59,958 nt of DNA from Gemmatimonadaceae bacterium (GTDB taxonomy: Bacteria; Gemmatimonadota; Gemmatimonadetes; Gemmatimonadales; Gemmatimonadaceae): contig DASUXX010000171.1 in NCBI GenBank assembly GCA_036377755.1, positions 1-59,958 on the forward strand, written 5' to 3'. Shown here piece after piece: positions 7,649 through 16,798 of this stretch. Numbering within the stretch: position 1 is the stretch's first letter; each line of letters begins with the position of its first letter. The position numbers were made by a program, and so were the translations under genes. A model generated the notes under the pieces. The model was not told where the DNA came from and searched no databases. It was given only the letters and a program-made list of their open reading frames with translations.

Positions 7649-9044
7649 GACCCGAAATCTCTTTCGTCTTCAGATCGATAACCGCAATTCGGTGCGCGTC
7701 GGTGTCGGCGACATAAGCATGCGTGTCCGAGCACGAAATTCCCGACGGTTCATGCAGCCCGCGCACCCACGTCTCTGAAGATCTTGTCGCAGGGTCGACG
7801 ATCTTGATGCAATCGTTGTATGAGTCGGCAACAAACAATCCGCCTTCGGCACGGAGCGCAACACCCTGTGCGTGTTGAAGCCGGACCTCGTCGCCGGTTC
7901 CGTCGACGTCGCCAAAGTCGAACAATCCAGTCCCTACGATCGTTCCGACATTTCCGTCTTCGGCTACATCGGTCCATCGTATCCCGTTCGACTCCGAATC
8001 GGCGAAGTAGAGGCGATCACCTGAGGCAACGATTCCCATTGGCTGCGCCAGCAACGCATTCGCATTGTCCCCATCGCGAATATCCTCGCCGCCGGTACCT
8101 GCATGCACACGCGATGTGCCTGTCTTTACATCGACAGACCATATCTGGTGAATCCCTGCCATAGCGACGAACAACTTGTTGCCAACGAGTGCGACATCCC
8201 ACGGCGATGACATCGCGCCAGCTGCCCTGTCTGCCCGTGTTCTGAGCTGGCTGCCGGTTCCGGCAAGGGTTCGCAGCTCTTTTCGATCGAGATCGTACAC
8301 TGAAATCGAATGACTTTCACAGTCGGCGATGTATATGGCGTTTCTAGAAAGGGCCATTCCCTGCGGCGAGCTGAGTCCATCTATCACAGTTTCGATATGT
8401 GCCGAGTGATTGTCTTCGCCAAGCTCACCAACCAGCACGCGGCCGTGGCCGCTGTCGGCAATGGCAATCCGCCTTCCCTCGATGACGACCTTTCCGGGAT
8501 ATCGCAGCTCGCCGCTAGGGATCGTTGATTCGTCTGCTTCGAAGTGAAGACGCTCAGTGTTGAGAAGTCCGCGCGATTTTGAATTTTCGACGAGTCCGTC
8601 GATAAACGAAAACAGCGCTTCTGCCGTGAATTCGCCTGCGTGCGCGCCAACGACATAACCCGCGGGGTCGATTGCAACGAGCGTTGGCCACGCGGAGATC
8701 GCGTAACTGCGCCACGTTCTGAACTGCCTGTCGTTCAGTACGGGGTGAACCGAATCGAGCCGGAGCGATGCGTCGCGGATTCTGCTGGTAACACGCTCAG
8801 CGTGATACTTGCCGCTGTGTACTCCGATTACGACTAGCTCTTTTGCGTATTTCGATTCGAGCTCCCGCAACTGCGGGAGTACATGGATGCAGTTGATTCA
8901 CCCATAGGTCCAGAAGTCGAGAAAGACGACTTTGCCCCGGAGGTCCGCAAGCTCGAGCTTTGTCCCCCCGGTGTGAATCCAGTCCAGGTTGTCGGGAAAA
9001 TCGGGTGCGCGAACGCGCGGTTCAGGCGTAAGCTCTCGCGGCAT
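7635..9044 (-). CDS. Thioredoxin-fold + NHL-repeat protein (NHLRC2/SOQ1-like), probable selenoprotein (Sec49, UxxC)
   Basis: SD GAGAGGA then ATG at 9044. The frame reads MPRELTPEPRVRAPDFPDNLDWIH..LADLRGKVVFLDFWTYG-TGA(8900-8898)-INCIHVLPQLRELE..VIGVHSGKY..AWPTL, then NHL repeats (LRYPGKV, SSPWDV, LAQPMGI, RLQHAQGV, LHEPSGI). 469 aa with readthrough. Confidence 0.85.
8862..8879 (-). promoter_or_regulatory. Bacterial SECIS-like hairpin
   Basis: mRNA CUCCCGC-AGUU-GCGGGAG; the stem starts 18 nt and the loop 25 nt 3' of the in-frame UGA; G is the second loop nucleotide. Confidence 0.75.
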
Positions 9045-9187
9045 TAATAAAGTTCCTCTCTATCGAGTGCAGTGCGGTGACTGCATGTTCTGCGCTACAG
9101 ACAAACCATCCAGGTCATAACTGTTGCGGTTTGTGCGCGGAAGTTGCTATAGTGGCGCAATAGAACCCCTATATCGGAGCTCGTATC

Positions 9188-9655
9188 ATGGCAGCAGCCA
9201 GGAAATCGTCACGCGGTGGTTCGAAGGGAGGCAGGAAAGCCGGCACCAGGTCGGGCGGCAGAAAGTCCTCTTCACGAGGATCGGCTTCGCGTAAGTCCGC
9301 GTCGCGTGGCATGCGCGGCCCGGCTCGCAAGGGAGCCGCAAAGAAGGGATCAGCCCGCAAGAGCTCGTCTCGCGGTCCCGCCCGTAAATCCTCAGCAAAA
9401 CGTGGAAGCTCGGCACGGAAGGGCGGAGCCAAGCGCGGAGCGAAACGCGGTACGTCGAGCCGCAAGTCCGGCGGTCGCAAGCTGGCTCTTCCGAGCCGTA
9501 AGACTGTAACTCGCGCTGCATCCGGCGTAACCAAGCGCGCACGCAATGTCGCCAAGAGAGTCACACGCGTTGCGAGTGAAGTTGCACAGCAGACGGTGGC
9601 GGGGGCCGAGCAGGTGCTCGAGTCAGCAAAGGAGTTCGTTCAGGAGCATACCTGA
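9188..9655 (+). CDS. Highly basic histone H1-like / nucleoid-associated protein candidate
   Basis: GGAG SD; RKSS(S)RG-type repeats; no acidic residue before position 131; followed by a terminator. Confidence 0.75.
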   Translation: MAAARKSSRGGSKGGRKAGTRSGGRKSSSRGSASRKSASRGMRGPARKGAAKKGSARKSSSRGPARKSSAKRGSSARKGGAKRGAKRGTSSRKSGGRKLALPSRKTVTRAASGVTKRARNVAKRVTRVASEVAQQTVAGAEQVLESAKEFVQEHT

Positions 9656-9665
9656 TCGAAACCGG

Positions 9666-9695
9666 AAAAGCGGCCTGATCAATCAGGCCGCTTTT
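9666..9695. terminator. Bidirectional intrinsic terminator
   Basis: AAAAGCGGCCTGAT-CA-ATCAGGCCGCTTTT between convergent genes. Confidence 0.88.
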
Positions 9696-9697
9696 TC

Positions 9698-10486
9698 TTA
9701 TGCTGAGTGCTGCTCGATCCAGCGCTCGACTCCTTCAAAAACTTTTTCGCGGCCGAAGTCGACGGTGATGATATGTCCACCGCCTTCGGCCCACGTGAGC
9801 TTCTTCTCCCTGCTGCCTAGGGCTGCATATGCACGCTCTGCAACACCGGGAGCAATGCGCGGATCTTCTCTCGATTGAATGAGAAGTGCAGGAATTGTTA
9901 TGCTCGCGAGAGCATGATGCGCCTGCGCAGCGAGTCTCCATAGCTCATACAGCAGCCGGCCGGTGTACACGCCGTAGCCGAGATTTTTCTGTCGCTCTTC
10001 AGGATCGAGAATGGATCGTGGGCTGGTCGACTTTCGCGGACCGGCTGCACTTCCCCAGAGCCAGTGCGACGCTGATGCGATTCGAGCAGTTAAAGGCATA
10101 TCGAGATACGGCGCAATCATCACGAGTGATTTCGCATCCGGATTTTCCGATGCGAGTATCGCTGCAATTGCGCCTCCCATGGAGAGTCCCGCAATCGACA
10201 TGCTTTCGTGATTCGCTCTAAGAATCGCGAGCTCGTGTCGCGCACATGCAAGCCAGTCCTTTCTTCGCGATGCCATGAACGCATCGACTGTTCTTCCATG
10301 GCCCGGAAGAAGCGGCGCTTTCACATCGTACCCGCGTTCGTGCAGATGATTTGCAAGAAGGGCGAGCGTTTGCGGCGTGTCTCCAAAACCATGCAGGAGG
10401 AGAATTCCATGTGAATTCCCCTCCTGCAGGTCTATTGTCTCAGCGCCGGGTCGCGTGCCGGCATCGATTGTTGCGGCTGTAGCCAT
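9698..10486 (-). CDS. Alpha/beta hydrolase (carboxylesterase/monoacylglycerol lipase-like)
   Basis: LLLHGFG, GLSMGG nucleophile elbow, D..I and GHII. Confidence 0.88.
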   Translation of the reverse strand: MATAATIDAGTRPGAETIDLQEGNSHGILLLHGFGDTPQTLALLANHLHERGYDVKAPLLPGHGRTVDAFMASRRKDWLACARHELAILRANHESMSIAGLSMGGAIAAILASENPDAKSLVMIAPYLDMPLTARIASASHWLWGSAAGPRKSTSPRSILDPEERQKNLGYGVYTGRLLYELWRLAAQAHHALASITIPALLIQSREDPRIAPGVAERAYAALGSREKKLTWAEGGGHIITVDFGREKVFEGVERWIEQHSA

Positions 10487-10494
10487 TCAGCTGG

Positions 10495-11214
10495 TCAGTG
10501 TTGCAGCGACTCCTGAGTCAGAGGAACCTCACGATCTGCAGTCGCCGATTCGGAAGTAATATGATCGGCGAGTTTCGACGGCGCGATGATGAACGACATT
10601 CCACGGCGCGTTGCGACTCCTGCGCCTACCAGCCGTCCAAGTGCAAGTGCAATCGATTCACGTGTTGCACCGACCATCTCACAAAGCAGGCGATGATGCT
10701 TGAGTTCGAGCCGCAGTCTGCCGTCGGCAGTGAGGAAGCTTCTGTCCGCGGCAAGCCGCTCGAGTGCAGAAACAAGTCGCTGCTCGACATTCTGTGAAGC
10801 CATTGCGTGCAGCTTCTCGAGAAGGTGCGACCGCTCGCTCATGAGCTGCGAGATCACTTCGAGTGCAGCACCAGGATTCTCGCGCACGAACGCACGGAAT
10901 CTCTGACCGTCGATATATAGAGTTTCCGTCTCATCTGCCGCGTACGCATCCGTGACGTAAGCTGCATCATGGGTGATTCCCTCGACGCCGAATATCTCGC
11001 CTGGCGTCACGATCGCAGGCACGAAGCTGCGCCCTGTTCGAATGCGATTGCGGAGAATGACGTGGCCTCTCACGACAAGCGATATACCATCGGCAGCGGA
11101 GCCTTTCTGATAGATTTGAAAACCCGATGGCCAGGTTGTGCGTGCGCCGTATGAGGCGAGAGTCGTGGCAGTGTCGCCAGCGAGGCGGGAATGTCTTTTA
11201 AGAGCAGTCAGCAT
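10495..11214 (-). CDS. Crp/Fnr family transcriptional regulator
   Basis: cNMP-binding fold (PGEIFG.E), EQRLV, C-terminal HTH LCEMVGATRESI. Confidence 0.85.
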   Translation of the reverse strand: MLTALKRHSRLAGDTATTLASYGARTTWPSGFQIYQKGSAADGISLVVRGHVILRNRIRTGRSFVPAIVTPGEIFGVEGITHDAAYVTDAYAADETETLYIDGQRFRAFVRENPGAALEVISQLMSERSHLLEKLHAMASQNVEQRLVSALERLAADRSFLTADGRLRLELKHHRLLCEMVGATRESIALALGRLVGAGVATRRGMSFIIAPSKLADHITSESATADREVPLTQESLQH

Positions 11215-11301
11215 TTGAACGCGGGGAAATTCTGTTCAAATGTTCTCGCAAGCTCCGGGCCAGAATATATGGGCTCCCTTATAATTTTTCCCGGGTCGCC
11301 G

Positions 11302-11928
11302 TTATAGGACTCGCTCACCTCCCGCGGCATCGTCGATTGCATTTTCGACGGCCTGCCGGAGCGTGCGGTCGCTGCGCTCACTCGCTGGAATTGCTGCGAC
11401 AAGAATGGAGTAAGTGCGCTCCATTTCTTTTCTCACGAATGGTTCGTCATTGGTCACACCCAGCGCATCGAGATTCATGAGAGCGAGCTGACGCAGCAGC
11501 GTCAGCGTGTCGCGCTCCAGACCTGCGAGTGCACTACCGCTGCTGGTGAATTTTTCCTGCTCGCCTCCCCGCCTTCGTTTGGGTGCGGTGAACAACGCCG
11601 TTGTCGGAGCAAGCTTCACGACAATCGATCCCGGGGTATGCTCTCTCCAGCTCTCTACGACCCCGCGCCGCTTGAGACCAGGCAGCATTCCGAGAATCTC
11701 CTTCCGAATGATTCCGACACCGCCTGCACTCTGATTGCCGCGTCCCGTAATGACGAGAACTTCTTCCACTTTCGTCACCTGCCTCGACCTGAGCCACGCT
11801 TCCGCTCGCGCGCGAGCTTCTGCCGCTGATGGAAGAGACTCCCTCAGGTTCAGCGTCCGCTCACTTCCGAATGTCGCTTCGTCGAGTGAGTGCCAGAGTG
11901 CTGTGAGTTTTGGCTTGCTGCGGGTCAT
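11302..11928 (-). CDS. Smr-domain protein with C-terminal extension
   Basis: LNLRE..VLVITGRGNQSAGGVGIIR..PGSIVV resembles the Smr/MutS2 C-terminal motif. Confidence 0.75.
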   Translation of the reverse strand: MTRSKPKLTALWHSLDEATFGSERTLNLRESLPSAAEARARAEAWLRSRQVTKVEEVLVITGRGNQSAGGVGIIRKEILGMLPGLKRRGVVESWREHTPGSIVVKLAPTTALFTAPKRRRGGEQEKFTSSGSALAGLERDTLTLLRQLALMNLDALGVTNDEPFVRKEMERTYSILVAAIPASERSDRTLRQAVENAIDDAAGGERVL

Positions 11929-11933
11929 CCGGG

Positions 11934-13145
11934 TTAAGAGAGTACGCTCTCCAGAATATCGACGCCACGCTCGAGATCAGCTCGCTCGATTACGAGCGGC
12001 GGAAGAAGACGAAGCGTGTGGTCCCCTGCAGTGATGACGAGCAGGCCCGCATTCCAGCTACGCTGGACTACATCGGCAGCGGGCTCAACGACATCGACAC
12101 CCCACATATAACCTAGCCCGCGAACGGCGCGAACTTTTGAGCTCTTTCTCGCAATCGCCGCCAGTCGCTCGCCAAGCCATTCACCATTTTCCTTCACGGT
12201 CGAAAGCAGATCGGGCGTCGAGAGCTTTCGCACTACATAGTTGGCAACCGCAGCTACGAGTGGTCCGCCACCGAAAGTCGTACCATGGTCGCCTGGCTTG
12301 ATCGCCGCGCCGATTTCATCGGTGATGAGAATTGCTCCCATAGGGAGCCCACCTGCAATGGGCTTTGCAAGTGTCACCATATCAGGAGTAACGCCGAATC
12401 GCTCATACGCCATGAACGTTCCAAGCCTGCCAAGTCCGCACTGTATCTCGTCGAAGATGAGAGCGATCTCGCGCTCCTCTGTAACGCGCCGCAGGTAGCG
12501 AAGGAACGCCGGCTCCATCACGCGCACTCCGCCTTCACCCTGCACAGGCTCTACGATCAGTGCCGCGACAGATTCGCTGTCGAGCGCTGCATCGAGCTCT
12601 GCCTCATCCCGTTCGCAAATGCTCACTCCACCCGCAAGCGGGCGGAACGGTGCGCGATACGAAGGACGGTCAGTTGCAGCAAGCGACGCGAACAACCTTC
12701 CATGGAAGCTTCCACGCAGCGCAACGATCCCTGTCTTTGCTTCGGAGCCGACTGAGCGGCCCCACCGACGCGCAAACTTGAACGCGCCCTCGTTTGCTTC
12801 TGCACCGGAGTTGCAGAAGAAAACCTGTGATGCAAAAGAATTCTCCACGAGAAACTTTGCGAGATTCTCGCCAGCATCAGTGCGATAGAGATTAGAAACG
12901 TGAATCAGCCCCGTCTCCAGTGTCTCTTCTATGACGCGTGCAATTCCTGAATCACCATAGCCTAGTGCATTGACCGCAATTCCACTCGAAAGGTCGAGAT
13001 AGGCCTTGCCTTCATCATCGAACAGCTCGACGCCGGATCCGCGCACGAATCGCATTGGTGCGCGCTTATAGGTGCCGAGGATATCGCGTGATATCTGCGA
13101 CTCGGTTGCATTCGCCTGCCCCGCACCCTGCGTCAAGGTCGTCAT
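11934..13145 (-). CDS. argD: Acetylornithine aminotransferase
   Basis: YLDLSSGIAVNALG, NSGAEANEGA, FDEIQCGLGR, TLAKPIAGG, HGTTFGG; in the arg operon. Confidence 0.92.
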   Translation of the reverse strand: MTTLTQGAGQANATESQISRDILGTYKRAPMRFVRGSGVELFDDEGKAYLDLSSGIAVNALGYGDSGIARVIEETLETGLIHVSNLYRTDAGENLAKFLVENSFASQVFFCNSGAEANEGAFKFARRWGRSVGSEAKTGIVALRGSFHGRLFASLAATDRPSYRAPFRPLAGGVSICERDEAELDAALDSESVAALIVEPVQGEGGVRVMEPAFLRYLRRVTEEREIALIFDEIQCGLGRLGTFMAYERFGVTPDMVTLAKPIAGGLPMGAILITDEIGAAIKPGDHGTTFGGGPLVAAVANYVVRKLSTPDLLSTVKENGEWLGERLAAIARKSSKVRAVRGLGYMWGVDVVEPAADVVQRSWNAGLLVITAGDHTLRLLPPLVIERADLERGVDILESVLS

Positions 13146-13903
13146 CTCAAACTCGGCGTTAAGGACAACATCGTGCCAATCCCATTTCCTGCGAGCGCAT
13201 CGAGTCCTGCGATGCGCGCTCCTGATGCGCCTGCATTCAAGGCAGCAAATGCTGCCTCGAGCTTCGCAAGCATTCCTTTGTTGACTGTTCCATGTGCAAC
13301 GAGTGCGTCTGTTGCGGACTGATCGAGACGGGCGATGACTTCGCGGTTTTCATTCAGCACGCCGGCAACGTCTGCAACAAGCCAAAGCTCTCCTCCCAGT
13401 GCGCCTGCAATTACTGCGGCCGCATCATCGCCATTTACGTTCAGCGTGTCGCGTGATCCGGAACCAGTGTCAGTTCCAACGGGCGAGATGACTGGAAGAA
13501 ATCCGGCAGCGGTAAGAGTCTCGATAATTCGTGTATTCGCACGCACAGGCTTGCCAGACCTTCCGAACTGCTCGATATCGATCGGCTCTGCTGCAAGAAG
13601 ATCTGCATCCTCACCTGAGATTCCTGCGGCAGGAACACCTGCTGCGCTCAACGCAGCAACGAGCCGCTTGTTCGCGCTTCCCGACAACACCATGCGAACG
13701 AGCTCGATGTCATCTTCGGTTGTTATTCTTCTGCCGTTCACGAAAGACGGCTCGCGACCAAGCGCGCGCTGCAGTGATGAGATCTCATCACCGCCTCCGT
13801 GTACGATGCAGATGTTGCCTGGGCTCGATTCCCATAGAGAAGCAAGCGCTGGAATGAGCGCGGGATCCGACTGAACTCTGCCGCCAAGCTTGATGACTTT
13901 CAT
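13142..13903 (-). CDS. argB: Acetylglutamate kinase
   Basis: VIKLGG, IVHGGG, GRRIT, NVNGDDAA, GMLAKL. Confidence 0.92.
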   Translation of the reverse strand: MKVIKLGGRVQSDPALIPALASLWESSPGNICIVHGGGDEISSLQRALGREPSFVNGRRITTEDDIELVRMVLSGSANKRLVAALSAAGVPAAGISGEDADLLAAEPIDIEQFGRSGKPVRANTRIIETLTAAGFLPVISPVGTDTGSGSRDTLNVNGDDAAAVIAGALGGELWLVADVAGVLNENREVIARLDQSATDALVAHGTVNKGMLAKLEAAFAALNAGASGARIAGLDALAGNGIGTMLSLTPSLR

Positions 13904-14877
13904 CAGCTGAGAAGCCCAAGCGTTTCATCGAGCGCAAGCATCAGGTTGGCATTTTGTAGCGCCTGGCCTGCTGCACCTTTTGTGAGATTATCGATCGCCG
14001 ATGTAATAATTAGCGTTGGCGACGAAGTATTCGCCGCGTTTACAGCGGAGATCTTCACGTTGTTCGTGCGCACGACATCGTGCAGCGCAGGCGTCGTCTC
14101 GCTGAGCTCGATGAATGGCTCGTGGTTGAAAGCATCACGCCACGGCGAAAGCGGGTCATCGAGATCCTGATTCAGACGCACCACGATCGTGGAAAGAATT
14201 CCTCGCGCTACCGGAAGCAGGTGCGGAGTGAATACGAGATCGTTCGAAGAACCGAGCTTCTTCATCTCCGCATTCATCTCGATGGTGTGACGATGACTGT
14301 TCCCGATACCATACGCGCGAAAATCCTCACTGATTTCCGCAAAGAGCAGATCCGGTCTCGGCGTAAATCCAGCGCCCGTCACTCCGCTCGCCGATGAGAC
14401 GGAGATAGTCGACCCTTCTTCGAGTAGAGAGCGCTCGACCAGCGGGTAGAGGGCAAGGAGGATCGATGTTGGATAGCAGCCCGGGTTTGCGACGACCTGT
14501 GCGTTCCTTACCTGATCGCGATAGAGCTCGGTGAGTCCATAGGGAACACACTCGACCCCCTCGACCCGGCCACTGTGTCCGGATCGCAGGTCAGATGAAA
14601 GGTCGACAACCTTTGCACCGGCTTTATGTGCGCGCTCGACCCATTCGAGTGAAGCGCCGTGAGGCAGTGCACTGAAAACGAGATCTGCTTTGGCGAGATC
14701 AGCATCTTCGGTTGCGACGAACGTGATCTCACTCCTGCCGACGCGCACGGTCTGCCCGCGCTGCGCGTTCGCTGTCGCGAATGCGAGCTCAAGTGAGGGA
14801 TGCCGATCGACGAGAAGACAGAGCTCGCGTCCCGCGTAACCGCTGGCGCCAAGAACGCCCACCGAAAATTTATGCAC
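13903..14877 (-). CDS. argC: N-acetyl-gamma-glutamyl-phosphate reductase
   Basis: GASGYAG, ANPGCYPT, SGVTGAG, DNLTKGAAGQALQN. Confidence 0.95.
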   Translation of the reverse strand: MHKFSVGVLGASGYAGRELCLLVDRHPSLELAFATANAQRGQTVRVGRSEITFVATEDADLAKADLVFSALPHGASLEWVERAHKAGAKVVDLSSDLRSGHSGRVEGVECVPYGLTELYRDQVRNAQVVANPGCYPTSILLALYPLVERSLLEEGSTISVSSASGVTGAGFTPRPDLLFAEISEDFRAYGIGNSHRHTIEMNAEMKKLGSSNDLVFTPHLLPVARGILSTIVVRLNQDLDDPLSPWRDAFNHEPFIELSETTPALHDVVRTNNVKISAVNAANTSSPTLIITSAIDNLTKGAAGQALQNANLMLALDETLGLLS

Positions 14878-14899
14878 AAATAATGCATAACATTACAGT
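14861..14899 (-). promoter_or_regulatory. Tandem ARG boxes at the argC promoter/start
   Basis: Minus strand ACTGTAATGTTATGCATT-att-TGTGCATAAATTTTCGGT: two 18-bp boxes 3 bp apart, with TTGACG just upstream. Confidence 0.75.
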
Positions 14900-14937
14900 G
14901 GGACTGCGTCAATCTTGTTTACGCGCTGCGCCTGCCC

Positions 14938-15399
14938 TTATTGGGGTTCTCCGGCGAGTCCCTTGAGACGCCGAACTACGCGGTCACGAGCCAGCCCGGA
15001 CCTGCAAACGATGAGAATGGTATCGTCGCCGCCAATAGTGCCGAGTATGTCCGGCCATCCCTCGCCATCGAGTGCGGCAGCGATTGGCTGCGCGCCTCCG
15101 GGCACGGTGCGGAGGACGATCATCTCGCTCACACCATCGATTCTGAGAAAGAGCTGAGGCAGGAGAGTTTCGAGTGCCGCCCTGCTCTCTTCGATAGTCC
15201 CGTCGGTTACGGCGTAGCGTGCGCCTTCCGGTGTAGGGACCCGTGCGAGCCGCAGCTCTCGGAGGTCGCGCGAAAGCGTAGCCTGCGTCACATCCCACCC
15301 GCGATGAAGCAGCAGTTTTCGCAGGTCTTCTTGGCTGCTCACCGGGCGCGCTTCGATTATCTCGAGAATCGCAGACTGCCGCTCTCTCTTGTTCGCCAT
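14938..15399 (-). CDS. argR: Arginine repressor
   Basis: SQEDL, VTQATLSRDLREL, GTIGGDDTI; SD GGAGGAG before ATG 15399. Confidence 0.95.
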   Translation of the reverse strand: MANKRERQSAILEIIEARPVSSQEDLRKLLLHRGWDVTQATLSRDLRELRLARVPTPEGARYAVTDGTIEESRAALETLLPQLFLRIDGVSEMIVLRTVPGGAQPIAAALDGEGWPDILGTIGGDDTILIVCRSGLARDRVVRRLKGLAGEPQ

Positions 15400-15464
15400 T
15401 CGATCTCCTCCGCTCAACACTTTACCACCCTCTCCCTCCCTGTGCGAGTCCCGGTCTCCGAGCG

Positions 15465-15520
15465 TTGACGAAAAGCCGTGAAATGATTAAATATACGCAG
15501 GTTATGAATAGTTATTTAGG
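15465..15520 (+). promoter_or_regulatory. argGH promoter with tandem ARG boxes
   Basis: TTGACG at 15465; boxes AATGATTAAATATACGCA (15482-15499) and TATGAATAGTTATTTAGG (15503-15520), 3 bp apart. Confidence 0.8.
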
Positions 15521-15526
15521 AGCGCC

Positions 15527-16798
15527 ATGAAACGCACGATTGCCCTCGCCTATTCAGGCGGACTCGACACCTCGATTATCGTCCCGTGGCTCAAGGAGCA
15601 TTATCCTGGCTCACGCGTCATCTGCGTCGCTGCTGACATCGGTCAGGGGGATGAGCTGGAGGGCGTGCGCGCGAAGGCGCTCGCCTCAGGCGCCGATGAG
15701 TGCTACATCGAAGACCTCCGTCAGGAGTTCATCGAAGATTTCATCTGGCCCACTCTGAGAGCTGGCGCCATTTACGGCCGCAAGTATCTGCTTGGCACGT
15801 CGATGGGCCGTCCGCTCATCGCGCGTCGTCAGGTGGAGGTCGCGCGTCGCGTTGGGGCAGATGCGCTCGCCCACGGATGCACCGGCAAGGGCAACGATCA
15901 GGTTCGCTTCGAGCTGACCTATGCTGCGTTTGCTCCTGATCTTCCGGTCATCGCTCCGTGGCGCATGTGGGATATTCGCAGCCGCGAAGATGCCCTCGCC
16001 TATGCGGCCAGGCACAACGTTCCCGTGACTGCATCACGTGAAAAGATTTACTCCCGCGACCGCAATATCTGGCACATCTCTCACGAAGGCGGCGTGCTCG
16101 AGGATCCTGCACAGGGACCGCCGGCAGACCTGTTCATGCTGACGACGTCGCCTGAGCTTGCTCCTGATCAGCCCGAGGAAGTGTCCATCGGATTCAACCA
16201 GGGCACTCCGGTCGCCGTGAACGGCGTGTTCCTCGACCCTGTTGCGATTCTCACGACTCTGAATCAGATCGCAGGAAAGCATGGTGTTGGCAGGATCGAT
16301 CTCGTCGAGGATCGTCTCGTTGGAATGAAGTCGCGCGGTGTGTACGAGACACCAGGCGGAACGCTGCTTTACACTGCCCACAGCGAGCTCGAGCAGCTCA
16401 TTCTCGATCGCCGCACTCTCGGAGCGAAAGATCTCATCGCGCCTCGCTATGCCGACCTCGTCTATGAGGGACGCTGGTGGACTACTGAGCGCGAGGCATA
16501 TGACGCGTTCGTCAATGTCACGCAGGAGCGTGTCACGGGTGGTGTAACTCTTCGCCTCTACAAGGGAACGGTTACGGTTGTAAGTCGCGCAAGCGAGTAC
16601 GCATTGTACGATGAGCGGTTCGTTACTTTCGGCGAAGACGACGTCTATCAGCAGAGCGATGCTGCTGGATTCATCCGACTCTATTCCCTTCCCGATCGCG
16701 TTCGCGCAGTTCGTGATCGCGAGCTCGCCGCAAAGGCAGTGGCTCCTGTTTCTCCGACTGAAGAAGCGCCGGTCCTCGCGGCGTCATGGCAGGATTGA
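15527..16798 (+). CDS. argG: Argininosuccinate synthase
   Basis: [35 protein letters not shown]. Confidence 0.97.
   Translation: MKRTIALAYSGGLDTSIIVPWLKEHYPGSRVICVAADIGQGDELEGVRAKALASGADECYIEDLRQEFIEDFIWPTLRAGAIYGRKYLLGTSMGRPLIARRQVEVARRVGADALAHGCTGKGNDQVRFELTYAAFAPDLPVIAPWRMWDIRSREDALAYAARHNVPVTASREKIYSRDRNIWHISHEGGVLEDPAQGPPADLFMLTTSPELAPDQPEEVSIGFNQGTPVAVNGVFLDPVAILTTLNQIAGKHGVGRIDLVEDRLVGMKSRGVYETPGGTLLYTAHSELEQLILDRRTLGAKDLIAPRYADLVYEGRWWTTEREAYDAFVNVTQERVTGGVTLRLYKGTVTVVSRASEYALYDERFVTFGEDDVYQQSDAAGFIRLYSLPDRVRAVRDRELAAKAVAPVSPTEEAPVLAASWQD

Noticed and set aside
7635-8870. ORF-track call of a 411-aa NHL protein starting at TTG 8870, or a pseudogene interpretation
   Set aside because: That start lies inside the SECIS-like hairpin and omits the thioredoxin active site; the upstream frame is intact with a good SD.
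8898-8900. Genome-wide UGA reassignment (Trp or Gly)
   Set aside because: Conserved genes here (argG, argH, parA, parB, dnaN) end at TGA in the expected places.
9169-9564. Antisense 131-aa Arg/Leu/Pro-rich ORF
   Set aside because: Mirror of the repetitive basic protein; the plus-strand ORF has the SD and terminator.
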